DNA from: Alloascoidea hylecoeti
Lineage: Eukaryota
NCBI GenBank assembly: GCA_001600815.1
Contig: BCKZ01000020.1
Location: forward strand, 1 to 64,000
Length of the DNA stretch: 64,000 nucleotides
Direction of reading: 5' to 3'
Both the position numbers and the translations under genes were made by a program. This document shows, piece after piece, positions 44,967 through 57,442 of the stretch (its first letter is position 1; each line of letters opens with the position of its first letter). The notes under the pieces are model-generated. The model was not told the DNA's origin. It made no database searches and was given only the letters and a program-made list of their open reading frames with translations.

Positions 44967-47900
44967 ATGAAAAGGACAGATCTGTCGCGTAACAAACGCC
45001 GTGGCGATGGAGACTCGCGTAAATCCTCGTTCTCGATTCTCTCCAACATCACGGGCACATCTGGATCCGGTTTGGCCTCGGCCACCCCCCAGGATGACAC
45101 CATTTCCGTCCGCTCTGCGCCTGTTTACAACGGCTCAGGGAGACCCTTGCCCTCCATGATATCCGGCCCCATCTCAATGACCTCCCCTACCACCCTCAAC
45201 GCACACACGTCCATGTCCACAACCTCCTCCCTGTCCTCCATCTCCTCCACGAATTCGCCCACGATCCAGGAGTTTTCTATGGACATGCCACACGACAACG
45301 CCCTTATCGAAAAAATGTTTTCGGATCTCATGATGAAAAGGGACTTCAAATCTTTACCACCTCAGGCTAAAAAGGAAATGCACTCATATCCTGTACAGAA
45401 AAAATGGATGCTGGTTCATCAAGATATGCTAACTGAACTGAAAGCAAAGAGAAATACCCAAAAGGCACGTGCTGCCAAATCATACAAATCAATAACAAAG
45501 TCTAATGATGATAGAACTCCTGAATGGTATGTTCGAAAAATCGTTAATAATACTATAGACTTGAAAACTTTAGATAATTTATGGATAACTTTACGAACTG
45601 AAAAGATTGCCTGGGTTCGCAATTTCATCGAATCTCAAGGCTTAGTTGCTTTATGTACCATTGTTGCTCAATTAAATCAAAAAATGATGATTCATAATTC
45701 AAATGTTAATTCAAATTCTTCAAATCCAAACTCTTCAAGTTCTCCTGCTGATGCAAATAGGCAATGGGAACAATATCTTGATAGAGAATTCTTCATCGTC
45801 AGATGTATCAAGGTGGTCTTAAACATTGCAGAGGGTGCAACAAATGCAATTCATTTACGTAAATGTATTCCATCTTTAGCACCATCACTTATATCTCATA
45901 AATTAACAACTAGAAAATTGGTTACTGATATTTATGCCTTTTTATCTAATTGGGAAAAACCTGATGGTTATCAACAAGTTTTAAGTTCATTAGATTCATT
46001 ACGTGGTATTTCTGATTCTTTTGATAGGTTTCAACCATGGTTAACATCTGTTTCTAAAACTTTAGATGGTAGGGGAATGTTAGGATCGATGGTTGGTGCA
46101 TCTGATGAATTTAAATCCAATGGTATATCTTCTGAATCTCAATTAATTGAATATTGTACTTCAACTTTAATCTTAGTCAATACAATAATTGATAATTCAA
46201 CCGATATAAATGTTAGAATTCATTTAAGAAGTCAATTTCAAGCATGTTTATTACAAGATATTTTTTCAAAAATGAGAGAATTAAATAATCATTCAATTGA
46301 AGAACAAATTAATATATATGAAGATTATGAAGTTATGGATAATGAAGATTATATTCATATACAACAAGTTGAATCTAACTTAGGTACAGATTTAAATTTA
46401 AATGATCCTGTTAATATTGTTTCAAATATATGGTCAAAAGTTGAAAATACAATGGAAGAACCTTTATTTATGTCAGTTATTCAACATTTAATGTTATTAA
46501 GACAAGAACCAAGTGAATTTACAAGAAATAGAATGTTACAACTTTTAGATGGTATAATTTCTACTTTAGTAACTGAAAAAATATCACCAAATTCAGGACT
46601 TAATACAACTTTTGAATTTTCATTAAATCGAGTTTTAGATTCTTTACAAACTGATTATATGGCAAAAAGAGCAATGAATGATGCAAAAGAATCTGCAAAA
46701 ATTGCACAACAAGCTTTGGCATCAAAAAATGAAATGGAAAAATTATTAGAATTAGGATCAGAAGGTGTTATATCAAAACAACAATCTGAATTAAAAGAAC
46801 AAGAAAGAGTTATGGAAAAATTAAGAAAATTTAATAATCAATTACAAGATGAATTAGATTCAATTAAAAAATTATATTCAACTGAAACTCAAGATCATGA
46901 AGTTCAAATTAGAGAAATGTATTTAATGTTAAATGCTCAAGCTCAAGCTCAATCAGCTATTGATAATAGAAATCCAGAACAAATTAAAAGAGAAGAATTA
47001 TCAAATAAATTAAAATCTCAATTATATAGAAAAAAAGTTGAATATCAATTAGAGGGTGCATTATCTGGTAATACTGGAAATAGTAATAAACGATTAAGAG
47101 AATTAAGAGATCAAATGGAAAATTTAGAGATGCAAGCAAGAAAATTAGAAATGTCTGATTTTGCAGATATGGATTCATTACATCAAGCAGAAGAAAGATC
47201 GAGACAAGAAAAACTTAATAAAATACCAGTTGAATCTAAACCAAAATTATCTCAACGACTCGTTCCAAAGAAAAAGCATATGTCAAGAGCTGATTTTGAT
47301 AAATTAGATGCTCTTAAACAAAAATTGGCAGCATTACAAACGGATTCAAATGATATTATTAAGTATGAAGATGATAGAGAAGAACATGAAATTTTAACAT
47401 CAAGGAAACGAGAGGCATATGACAAATTGCGTAACTTACATGATGAATACAGTGATTTATTGGCTTTTGATTTCCCTCTTGAACTACAATCTTCATCTAG
47501 TGTTGCTGCCGGAAACAATGCAGCAACAGAACCAGGTTCTGCTAAAATTACACGTGAAGTTATTCAAAAATCAGATACTGAAGAAGATAAACTACTACGC
47601 TCTAGAATTAAGAATGAATTAGATGCTGTTGAATTACTACGATCTCATTTTATGAACGAATTCGCAACGAAAGGTGCAGATACAGTTGATATTGACGCTT
47701 CTGTATTTCAATCTCCACAATCACTTGAATCTGGTTCTGGCTCATTTTCAACATCCTCCTCAAACAAACATATAACTTCAAATGAAATGGCAAGACTCCG
47801 AAGCAGTGGCCATGCTCACACTGGAAGGTCACGAACAGACAGTGCAAGTACTTTTTCAACAAATTCGGACGATTCGTTAACTTTAGATGAATTAGAAGCA

Positions 47901-50558
47901 AAGTATGGGTTTAAAGATAAACGTGATTCTAAACCATATGTTTTTGAAAAAGCAAAATTCATTGCAATTAAACCCCGCAGAGGAATTCTTGTCGGCGACG
48001 ACGACGATGATGATAATGACAACGAAAATAGCCCTGCTTATCTAAAAGAACTAACTAAAAAGGTTAAGATTGTCGGTGCGATTGAATCTTCCAATACTGA
48101 TACAAATGGAGATGAAGATAAATTGGATAAAACTGAATCAACGGTTGATTCTCAACCTTCTGTTATTAATGTATCACCAGCACCCCAATTGTTAGAAACC
48201 CAATTGTTAGAAAATTCGGCTGGAACACCTCCTCCACCACCACCACCCCCAATTCCTGGTTTCTTAACGCCTACTCCTACAGGTTCAAGTGGCCCCCCAC
48301 CACCTCCTCCCCCACCTCCCCCTCTAGGACTTGGTAATCCAATTTCTCGCTCGGGGACTCCTGGACCACCACCACCACCACCACCTCCTCCATTAAGTGG
48401 GAGTGCAAGTCCTATCCCTCCACCCCCTCCATTCTTCCCTGGATCCGCTGGCGTGTCTCCAAGTCTCACACCCGTACCTTCACCTAATCCAGAACTAGAC
48501 GGATTTAGACCCAATCGTCGTTTGAAACAGATGCATTGGGATAAACTAGATGCAGTAGACTCCACTTTCTGGGCTGATTCAAAGGAAAAAGAGGTTGCAG
48601 CTCAATTATATCATAAAGGTATTTTTAGTGAAATTGAGAGATTATTTGCTGCTAAAGAAGTTAGGAAATTTGCTGTTAAGAAAAGTAATGATGATAGAAA
48701 ATTATCTTTCATTTCTAGAGATTTAGCACAACAATTTGGTATCAACTTACATACATATTCTAATCTCGAAGTTGAAGAGCTAATTATTAAAGTAATGTCT
48801 TGTGATAAAGATGTTCTTGAGAATTCTAATGTTTTGGAATTCTTAGCCAAGGATGAAATATGTGAAGTTACAAATAGTGTTGCTAGAAACTTAGAACCTT
48901 ATAGCACAGATTGGCAGCATAATAATCCTGCGAATGGCTCTGTAGCTAAGTCACCAGACAAGGATCCTAATGAATTGGCAAGAGCCGATAGAATTTATTT
49001 AGAACTAGGTTATAACTTACAACATTATTGGAGAGCTAGAATGCGTTCTTTGTTAATGGTTACGAATTATGAAAAAGATTACAATGATTTAATAATGAAG
49101 TTACGGGCAATTGACAATGCATGCGATGCTATCCAACATTCTCAGAATTTGAAAGGTATCTTTGATTTAATTTTAACTGTTGGTAATTATATGAATGATT
49201 CATCAAAGCAAGCACATGGTTTCAAATTGGGCACTTTACAGAGACTAGTTTTCACCAAGGATGATAAAAACAGTATGACATTCTTACATTATGTTGAAAA
49301 AGTAGTGAGAACAGTTTTCCCTGATTTAGCAAAAGTTGTTGAAGAATTGAAAGATGTAATTGAAGCTTCTAAAATATCTATTGAACAAGTCCATGGTGAT
49401 TGTAGAGAATTCACAATGAAGATTAAAAATGTTCAGAGTTCAATTGATGTTGGTAACTTGAGTGACCCAACATTGTTTCATCCAAAGGATAAAATATTGG
49501 AGGTTGTTTTACCGGTATTGCCAGAAGCAAGAAGAAAAGCTGAGCTTATGAACGATCAAGTCAGGGTTACGATAACTTCATTTGACAAATTAATGAGATA
49601 TTTTGGAGAAGATGTTTCCGATTCAGTCTCTAGAAATAGCTTTTTTATGAAATTCTCAAATTTCCTTAATGAGTTCCAAAGAGTTCATAAAGAAAATCTA
49701 ATAAAGGAAGAAGAAGAACGTGCTTATCAACAGAGAAAGAAGATGATGGAGAAACCAAAGAGAAGTCAGATCGCTCTAAATGGAAATATGAATGGAAAGA
49801 AAGTTGAAGCTAGCGTTACAGTTGATGTTATGGATTCATTATTAGAAAAATTGAAAGCATCAGGACCCAGAGGAGATGCTTCTTCAGCCAGAAGAAGAGC
49901 ATTGGCTAGAAAGCATATGCTTGGTAATAAGAGATTAATGGTTAATAGTGAAAACAAAGAAGACGAATCTGGATCTGAATTGACAGTAACAGCAACAGTA
50001 TCTGCAACATCAGATGAGTCTCATGCGGAAGATCTGACCATTGATGTTAATAAAGCTGAAGGTAAAGCTGATGATGATAATGCCGATCAATCAACACCTA
50101 GTTCGGATACCCCTGCTTCAGCTCTCGGTGCTGAATTCGATAAGGAAGATGTATCTGCCAGAGCCCGAAATTTGTTGAAGGAATTACGAGGAACTTCCCC
50201 AATTGAAAATAACGCTCAGCGAACTAGAGCGCTACTGAATAACAGAAGAAGACAAATGAGAAAAGGAAGTCATAGTAATATTAATGTCTTATCACCTTCA
50301 ACTGACTCATTACATAGTCCAAGTGACCAAGGTCCAATTGGTGATTTGTTATCTCCATCTCGAACATTTAGTGGTAGTTCTATAACAGATTCAGTTTCTT
50401 CTGCAAATGACATCACAGATTCCCCTGAAACCCCTATAAAACTCAGCGATGCCTCAGATACTCCATCTTCAACGACTGAACAAACAAATATACACACTCC
50501 AGAATTAGAAACAAGCACTAAAGTTGTGCCAATAATAAATGTTTCTAATGAAGATTAA
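44967..50558 (+). CDS. BNI1: Diaphanous-related formin (GBD/FH3, polyproline FH1, FH2, DAD)
   Basis: KKWMLVHQD, LDGRGMLGSMVGASDEF, poly-P tracts at 48226-48430, LKQMHWDKL, VGNYMNDSSKQAHGFKLGTLQRL, VMDSLLEKLK. Flanked by SEC2 and a basic amino-acid permease, as in S. cerevisiae. Confidence 0.93.
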   Translation: MKRTDLSRNKRRGDGDSRKSSFSILSNITGTSGSGLASATPQDDTISVRSAPVYNGSGRPLPSMISGPISMTSPTTLNAHTSMSTTSSLSSISSTNSPTIQEFSMDMPHDNALIEKMFSDLMMKRDFKSLPPQAKKEMHSYPVQKKWMLVHQDMLTELKAKRNTQKARAAKSYKSITKSNDDRTPEWYVRKIVNNTIDLKTLDNLWITLRTEKIAWVRNFIESQGLVALCTIVAQLNQKMMIHNSNVNSNSSNPNSSSSPADANRQWEQYLDREFFIVRCIKVVLNIAEGATNAIHLRKCIPSLAPSLISHKLTTRKLVTDIYAFLSNWEKPDGYQQVLSSLDSLRGISDSFDRFQPWLTSVSKTLDGRGMLGSMVGASDEFKSNGISSESQLIEYCTSTLILVNTIIDNSTDINVRIHLRSQFQACLLQDIFSKMRELNNHSIEEQINIYEDYEVMDNEDYIHIQQVESNLGTDLNLNDPVNIVSNIWSKVENTMEEPLFMSVIQHLMLLRQEPSEFTRNRMLQLLDGIISTLVTEKISPNSGLNTTFEFSLNRVLDSLQTDYMAKRAMNDAKESAKIAQQALASKNEMEKLLELGSEGVISKQQSELKEQERVMEKLRKFNNQLQDELDSIKKLYSTETQDHEVQIREMYLMLNAQAQAQSAIDNRNPEQIKREELSNKLKSQLYRKKVEYQLEGALSGNTGNSNKRLRELRDQMENLEMQARKLEMSDFADMDSLHQAEERSRQEKLNKIPVESKPKLSQRLVPKKKHMSRADFDKLDALKQKLAALQTDSNDIIKYEDDREEHEILTSRKREAYDKLRNLHDEYSDLLAFDFPLELQSSSSVAAGNNAATEPGSAKITREVIQKSDTEEDKLLRSRIKNELDAVELLRSHFMNEFATKGADTVDIDASVFQSPQSLESGSGSFSTSSSNKHITSNEMARLRSSGHAHTGRSRTDSASTFSTNSDDSLTLDELEAKYGFKDKRDSKPYVFEKAKFIAIKPRRGILVGDDDDDDNDNENSPAYLKELTKKVKIVGAIESSNTDTNGDEDKLDKTESTVDSQPSVINVSPAPQLLETQLLENSAGTPPPPPPPPIPGFLTPTPTGSSGPPPPPPPPPPLGLGNPISRSGTPGPPPPPPPPPLSGSASPIPPPPPFFPGSAGVSPSLTPVPSPNPELDGFRPNRRLKQMHWDKLDAVDSTFWADSKEKEVAAQLYHKGIFSEIERLFAAKEVRKFAVKKSNDDRKLSFISRDLAQQFGINLHTYSNLEVEELIIKVMSCDKDVLENSNVLEFLAKDEICEVTNSVARNLEPYSTDWQHNNPANGSVAKSPDKDPNELARADRIYLELGYNLQHYWRARMRSLLMVTNYEKDYNDLIMKLRAIDNACDAIQHSQNLKGIFDLILTVGNYMNDSSKQAHGFKLGTLQRLVFTKDDKNSMTFLHYVEKVVRTVFPDLAKVVEELKDVIEASKISIEQVHGDCREFTMKIKNVQSSIDVGNLSDPTLFHPKDKILEVVLPVLPEARRKAELMNDQVRVTITSFDKLMRYFGEDVSDSVSRNSFFMKFSNFLNEFQRVHKENLIKEEEERAYQQRKKMMEKPKRSQIALNGNMNGKKVEASVTVDVMDSLLEKLKASGPRGDASSARRRALARKHMLGNKRLMVNSENKEDESGSELTVTATVSATSDESHAEDLTIDVNKAEGKADDDNADQSTPSSDTPASALGAEFDKEDVSARARNLLKELRGTSPIENNAQRTRALLNNRRRQMRKGSHSNINVLSPSTDSLHSPSDQGPIGDLLSPSRTFSGSSITDSVSSANDITDSPETPIKLSDASDTPSSTTEQTNIHTPELETSTKVVPIINVSNED

Positions 50559-51032
50559 TAATAAATGTTTTGCTTTGCTTTTGTGTAATCATGTTTTTTC
50601 TATTTGTTCTTGTTTGTTTATTTATTTGTTGATTTCACAATGATAGCAAAAACAGGGAAATGCCTTAAGAGAGATGAGGACCGGATAGACGTATAGTAAA
50701 TCAATATCGATATAGGAAGAACAAAACAATATATTGGAAAGATAAGTTTAAATAATGAAGATTTTCAATGCTAATAATGATAATGGCCATCTTTTTATTT
50801 TTTTGCATTTACTTGTGATCGACTCTCATTTATAATAATTTTATTAATATTCGCTATACAAAGATATTGTCTTTTTGTTGTATTAATTATTGTAACTGTA
50901 TATGTTTATATAGGATTAATTTCTTTGACATATTTTTGCGGAATAAGTAGTTCTAGATTAATATGAGTTGTAGCTTCTTGAAAAAATGATAGTTTCCATC
51001 CCAAGATGAAGTTACACAGGGTGTATTTTCCG

Positions 51033-51240
51033 TTAATATTCGCCCACATTTTAAATAAATAATTTGGCCCCATGCCCAAACTATTCGGCCACACTTTAAA
51101 TTAAATATTAGACACCACTGCATGGCTAAAGATTTCACCACTTCTTGAACAAAATTTTCGATCACTTCTTGGATTAAATATTTGACTACTTCTCAGATTA
51201 AATATTCGACCACGTCTTCAGCTTATTATTGGACAACATC
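51033..51240 (+). repeat. Degenerate ~24-bp tandem array (about 9 units, consensus near TTAAATATTCGACCACTTCTTGGA)
   Basis: Units such as TTAATATTCGCCCACATT, AAACTATTCGGCCACACT, AAATTTTCGATCACTTCT, AAATATTTGACTACTTCT, AAATATTCGACCACGTCT; same core as the arms at 6741-7000. Confidence 0.7.
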
Positions 51241-51719
51241 AGGTATAAATGTTAAGCTGAATTATCAATTTTAAATATGGGCAATATTTACTCAAGGTGG
51301 GTGGAATGTACTCTATATTTGTAGGTCAACAAATGATCGGTATTAACGCAAAGTACCTAGTATAGTAGTCCACTAACATTTCTAGCAAACGATTCCTACA
51401 TTTACATTCATCTTAGATTTACGTATATCAATTAATATTAATATTTATATGATCTGAGCTTATACAGCGAATGGTACTTATATTTAACTAAATATTAGTT
51501 ATGAACTCTATAAATATGATTTTATGAACTAATTATATAACTATAGACGAAAAGAAAAAAGAAACCCAAACTAGCTGCTATTATAACAATTAACATTGCG
51601 AACGTAGTAGGAAAAATGCATAAAAATCAAATATCAAAAATCTCCAATTCAAATAAAACTCGTAAATGTATTTTAATCAATTATTATTATAAATATTGTT
51701 GGGATAACCATATCAATAA

Positions 51720-53390
51720 TTAAGCAACAACCGTCCAAAACTTTTCCCATAAATTCCTTGGTGGCGTTTCTTCCCAAACAATTGCATCAGCTTCTCTTCT
51801 ACCAGAATCAAGATCAACTTCTTCAGGTTTATAAAGAAATCTTTTAAGTCCCCATTTTCTAAAAATAACAAATTGGAATATTGCCCAACAAAAAATAAAC
51901 AAGAAAACAGATAAATAAGCAGTTAAGAATTTAGTTGCAGTAAAATCGAAAAAAGAATCAAACCCTTGAATAAGAATAATAAATGTGATGAATCCAAAAG
52001 AATATGTTGATGAAAAGGGTTGAAATTTGGATTTAAATGGTAAGTCATCTCGACTGATATTCTTTGCTTTTAGTGCCTTCATAAATCTCAAATGAGAAAA
52101 CGAGATACAAGTCCATGAAATCATACCAGCAACAGCAGTAATATTCACAAACCAATTGAACACAGTACTAGCTGAGTTTGTAGTGGCCATAAATGACAAT
52201 AGACCAAACAGCGCTGTGAAAATAACACCAACAATTGGTGTTCCCCATGGTGTAGTCCAGTGAAATATTTTTGGTGCCACTCCTGCTTCTGCTAAACCGT
52301 ATAATATACGTGAGCCAATATAAATGTTTGAGTTTCCTGCGGAAATGATGGTAATAAGAATAACAGCAGTGAAAATATGAGGTAAAACCGGGGTACCACA
52401 ATTCATAATTGCAATAACAAAGGGAGAAGAAGATGTATAGTGGGCATCGGAATTCAATTGAGGATCATTATAAGGAATCAATAATCCCATAAATAAAATT
52501 GATAAAATGTAGAAAAATACAATTCTAATCATGACTTTGTTGATAGCTCTTGGAACATTTTTTCTGGGATTTGCTGCTTCACCTGCTGAAATACCAACTA
52601 ATTCAGTTCCTTGATATGTAAAAGTAGCATTGATTAAAGATGAAAGCCAGCCTAAAAATCTAGCAGTATTCATATTGCTTTTAACCAAATACCCAGGACC
52701 CCATGGCCCAGGATTTCTCCAATATCTAAATCCAATGGGACCAGTTTTACCTGCACCACAAACCATTATGAATGCATATATTAACCAACCGAGAATTGCG
52801 AGCACTTTAATTGAAGCGACCCAGAATTCAATTTCTCCATAAATTTTAACTGGAAATACATTTGAAAGAGTTAAAATCACAAAGAAAATTCCGATCCAAG
52901 CAGCATCTGGAACAGCACCTGTCCAATACTTAATAATTTGACCGGTAGCATTTAGTTCAATAGCAAAGGTCATTGCCCAAGAAAACCAATACATCCAACC
53001 ATTAGCGGCCCCTAAAGCTGGGGAACAAAATCTAGTTGTGAAAACTGCCAGGGAACCACTGACTGGAATATAAGTAGCCATTTCACCAAGGGACTGTGTA
53101 ATTGAATAGACAAAAGTACCCATCCATATATATGAGATTAAAGTAGATACAGGTCCAGCGTTCTGTAAAGGAGTAGCAGTACCGATAAATAAACCTGTAC
53201 CAATCGTACCACCGAGAGCAATCATTGATACATGGCGGGCCTTAAGGGCTCGTTTAACTTCCCCATTTCTCACTACTCCTCTAACAGCATCATTACTGTC
53301 ATCAGTCGATTCAATTAGTTTGACACCGGTACTCTTTTCATCTACCTCATGAACATTCTCCATTAACGTTTCTACTGAGTGTCGTTCCAT
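51720..53390 (-). CDS. Basic amino acid (Arg/Lys) permease of the YAT family, CAN1/ALP1/LYP1 clade
   Basis: [88 protein letters not shown]. First ATG is at 53390 (the track ORF starts at GTG). Confidence 0.92.
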   Translation of the reverse strand: MERHSVETLMENVHEVDEKSTGVKLIESTDDSNDAVRGVVRNGEVKRALKARHVSMIALGGTIGTGLFIGTATPLQNAGPVSTLISYIWMGTFVYSITQSLGEMATYIPVSGSLAVFTTRFCSPALGAANGWMYWFSWAMTFAIELNATGQIIKYWTGAVPDAAWIGIFFVILTLSNVFPVKIYGEIEFWVASIKVLAILGWLIYAFIMVCGAGKTGPIGFRYWRNPGPWGPGYLVKSNMNTARFLGWLSSLINATFTYQGTELVGISAGEAANPRKNVPRAINKVMIRIVFFYILSILFMGLLIPYNDPQLNSDAHYTSSSPFVIAIMNCGTPVLPHIFTAVILITIISAGNSNIYIGSRILYGLAEAGVAPKIFHWTTPWGTPIVGVIFTALFGLLSFMATTNSASTVFNWFVNITAVAGMISWTCISFSHLRFMKALKAKNISRDDLPFKSKFQPFSSTYSFGFITFIILIQGFDSFFDFTATKFLTAYLSVFLFIFCWAIFQFVIFRKWGLKRFLYKPEEVDLDSGRREADAIVWEETPPRNLWEKFWTVVA

Positions 53391-56300
53391 TCTGTGCACT
53401 CTAAATCAGAATATAATGTACAAGAGTATATGATTAAATGGAATAAAAAAAACCTACAATTGGGTGGGCAACAAGTAGGTTTTATAAATTTAAACCCATG
53501 AAAATATTTCTGAATCATATACACTGTAATGCATCGACATACAAAAATTAAAAATACACTTTGATCCACCTTAATCTTGTTTTTTGCTTATATGCATATG
53601 CAGGGTCCAAAACAGGTAATCACTCTATCGTATTAGCTCGTAATCTCTATCGGCGGTCTTTCGGACATATCCATACAGACATAATTAACCGTTACTATCA
53701 TGGCCCGTAGAAATATGCATCTGGCTTGCTTTAACTACATAAATTTCACATTTTGCATGTAATATTAACAACGTCACAACTCACGAGACTGAATGGAACT
53801 AAATTTTTAAAAAACTACATAAAAGGCCCGATCTCGAAATATAGATACAGAGTACTCAATTAAGTGTAACTAAGAACTTATTATCAATACAGCTAATAAT
53901 ATGATGATAGGAGCGACAAACTATATTCATCCCGCACTTCTATGACCGACTGGAAGACCCCGCTCGGTTAAGCATACAATACAATCTTATGTCATGATTT
54001 CATATACTTTTTAAAATCCAATCATGGCCAACTAAATTTAAAGAAGCACTAAACTTATGCTTGTCACAACACTCTTGAGCGATACAAAGAGAAACCCTCC
54101 CCAAGCATCATCCAATAAACCATAAGGTTGTCCAATTGTAAGCGTAATCGGCCTCGTATGAATATAGACTTCCTTCGGGGGCCAAGATTATATATCTAGT
54201 GCTGAAAATGCATTTTGTGGGTTGATTAGCTTGAATATATTCATCCTTGTTAACGCTGTAATGATTGCTATATAACTATAGAGGGGGTTTGTTTTCTTGA
54301 ATTTCTCTGAAAGATATTAAATATAAGGCTTATTGTACATAGATAACAGATAGATAGACACCAATTGCAACTTTAAAGAGATCTATATATGTCTCAAGAA
54401 ATATGAAGAAAATGTATTCTTATTGATCGTTTTTAAAAGTTCAAATGCTTTTTAAGCTTTTCACCATTTACTAGATCTGATGTAACGGTAAGCTGGAAAT
54501 ACTGTACCACCCAAAAGCTTAATTGAAAGAAGGCAACCTTATATTCATGCTTGCGCAGCGGTTAATTGAAACTCAAACTTAATATGGTTAGCTTGGTTTT
54601 ATCCATACAAATTTTTTCTTCAAAAGGTGGAGAGAACAAGTTATAATAGAAGGATTTCAAAATTATTTAATTATGTAGAGTTGTTATCCTTAATGTAACT
54701 GTAATTAATGTTGATAATACTTGCAAGTTGCAATGAGGCATCGGATTATTTGAGAGAGCAAGATGGAGTAATTTTTACTGATCATCTAAAGTTAAAATGT
54801 ATGAACAATTTTTCCTGGAAAACTTGTTGAAAAGGGTTATCGTAGGTACAAGATCTAATGACATATTTCTCGATCTTCTCGCTCGTGGTTATAGTTGAAT
54901 TAACTACTTGGTCATAATTTATCCGATCAGGATAGAAACCATAATCTGGACTTAACAAGGCAATATAGAAATCGCCCTCATCGATATCGCGATGTTCTGG
55001 CAGAAGCTTAGGCTGATTAGAGTTTTTTTTTTTTCTTGCTGATTATTGGGTGTACGGAAATCCATTGGCGTGTCGATTGTTATTGTACAGACCTATTTTC
55101 AAATGCAAAAAACCTAGTAATAAATATAAATATACAGCTAATATTAATAGTAAAATCTACAGCAAATATATCTGTAGAGAACCGAAATATAATGAGATAA
55201 GATAAGATAAGGTAAAAAAACTGATAATTTTTCGATATACATTATAATTCCAAGGAAGAGTGTTTCAATGAATGAGCATAGTTTTAATTCAATTTTTATC
55301 GAAATATCAATCGTGAAATGGAATGGGATAAATGACGGCATAATTCAAAATTTCTTCCTCACCACATTTGCATGAACTAAACCGATAACGCCATAGCTGG
55401 TTGATCTGGACCTCAAATTATTAACATAAAAGTTTCCTCTTATTTCAATAATTGTTCCTTGTAAAATATTTCGGAAAGTACTATGGATAATACTAGCATT
55501 TATATCTTAAGTGAATCTACGATCTCGTTTAAGGAATCTTTTGGGTTTGGCGGAATGAATTTTAAGCCTGCAGCGAATAGTGTCTAAGTTATTGATATAT
55601 ACATCAGATTAAAACTACCCACTGACTGAGATAAGTCTTTTCTCAAGACCTTTCGACAGTAGAGGTGTTGAAGGTGGAGTTCTGTGGAAAGATACTTGTC
55701 TCGACTTCTGGGACCCTTATATAGGCCAGAGGGCTCTGCTCTTAATATGTATTGGTTTATCTATTTTATATTTACTGAATCTGGTGAACCACAGTTCTAA
55801 CAATCAACTTAAATCAGGACGCAGGGTTTGTCGAGACTTTTTACTACTGTAGGTTTGTGGCGAACTCTGAAAGTTCATGAAGTAAATAATATATAATAGA
55901 TTCTGTGGTATAGATGTAGTTGATACTTTTCAAAATTAGCGCTTGTAATTGCAATTGAAGAGAACTCATATTATAAAATCAGCTGTTTTGTAATGATGAT
56001 TATGTTGCCAATATAAAATACATCTATTGTATTAATATGAAGGAGATATTTACACTCTTATAATAGAGCAAGAAAGCTTAAATATATGAAGAATTGAACT
56101 TTTTTTTGTCCTTTAAAATTAGCAATATTAAAATTGAAGACATCTACAACTTAATTTTAAACTTACAGGCCTATATAATTTGACTTTGATGTCAATCTTG
56201 GAATGATTAAAACAAATGTAAATAGTAGATACCCATTTCATGGAAATCGCTGTTTAATATTAATAAAATCTTATTGTAATACGAATTATAAGGGGAAAAA

Positions 56301-56879
56301 AAATACTTCATCAATAGAATTATTTACCATTTAAATGAAGAAAAAAAAAAAAATTAAAATTCTTTGACAGGACAATGGGATATAAAGTTTGCATGCATGC
56401 GCGAATAACTACGCAACATTTTTTTTTACTTTTCAGCTTTTCAGAGATCGCTTATATACTACCTAAGGGATTGGAAACTAAAAAATTTACGGATTAGGTT
56501 TTATCCATTTTGTACAGGTAACGGTAATCACCGTACAAATAAGCAGACGATGTCCAGTTACGATTGTAATTGTTACGCAGCACTATTGTTTCTAATAAAG
56601 TTGTAGCTTTAGAGCTCCATCTTCATAGAATGATAATTCTTACTATTTTATATAGCAGCGAAACTTACATTCGTTACCATATATTATTCTGATGTAGTGG
56701 GTAACCTGTTACAGACTATTTTGGTTTCACTCATGATCAGAAGAGTCAGAAGACTCAGAACGCATAAACCTCTTGAATCTTCGTTATTAAACTTTATTTG
56801 AAAAAATCCCATTGAGACCTAATTTTTAACCATTTGGAAATACCTGTATATAACTTGATCATATTCTAATGCTATGTGC

Positions 56880-57442
56880 TATGTAGTATGTACTACTGCA
56901 GGAACCGTCTGGATTTATTAAAAACCCATTGACACTTTAGAGCATACTAATCCAACTTGTGAAAGGCCAAAGTTTTATTTGAGAGATCTCAGGGGTTTAA
57001 ATATTAAATTACAAAACCGTCCAACGAAAAACACGCGATAAATTTCAGAAAAACACTAACTCAATGGTGTATATAGAAGTATTATAAGTTATAACGGGCA
57101 GCAATATCTTTTATTCAAACCTTTGAAGTTGGTATTTTTTCAGTTTTCTAATGCTCTATTCAACAAATAGAAAAACTGGGAGAAAAATCAATTAGAACAT
57201 CTGAGCTGACCAGACATAAATCCATGTTGCAGACTCAAATAGACCCGGGAACAAGCACATAGAGTTAGCTACAATGAAATGTGGTTCCATAAAGGTCAAG
57301 AATCATCTTTTAGAAGTATTTCCAGAGGTGTGGGATCTGCTAAATCAATCACTTTTTAGCCGATTCATCAAAACTCATCACATCCATCCCAAAGCAACTA
57401 AAACAAGTTGTTGCAGCAAAAGGACGACATATTGACCTTTAG
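56880..57442 (+). pseudogene. Decayed Tc1-family (DD34E) transposase, C-terminal half
   Basis: In order: GTVWIY*KP, NGQQYL, VFFQFSNA (cf. FQQDNA), LS*PDINP (cf. SPDLNP), EVWDLLNQSLFSRFI, SIPKQLKQVVAAKGRHIDL* (cf. SMPxRLxxVIxAKGxxTxY); stops and frameshifts. Confidence 0.7.

Noticed and set aside
44455..45349. Cluster of overlapping short ORFs around SEC2/BNI1
   Set aside because: By-product of high local GC (few stops) antisense to real genes.
2739..50558. Alternative yeast genetic code (CUG=Ser/Ala)
   Set aside because: CTG encodes conserved Leu in FHL1 (AYARLDF, FVLP) and BNI1 (KKWMLVHQD).
51033..51240. CRISPR-like periodicity
   Set aside because: Eukaryotic context, degenerate contiguous units without unique spacers, no cas genes.
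55620..55880. GC-richer patch with TATATAAGGG (minus strand) and an open frame, possibly an LTR or integrase scrap
   Set aside because: No partner repeat or termini; motif similarity too weak to call.
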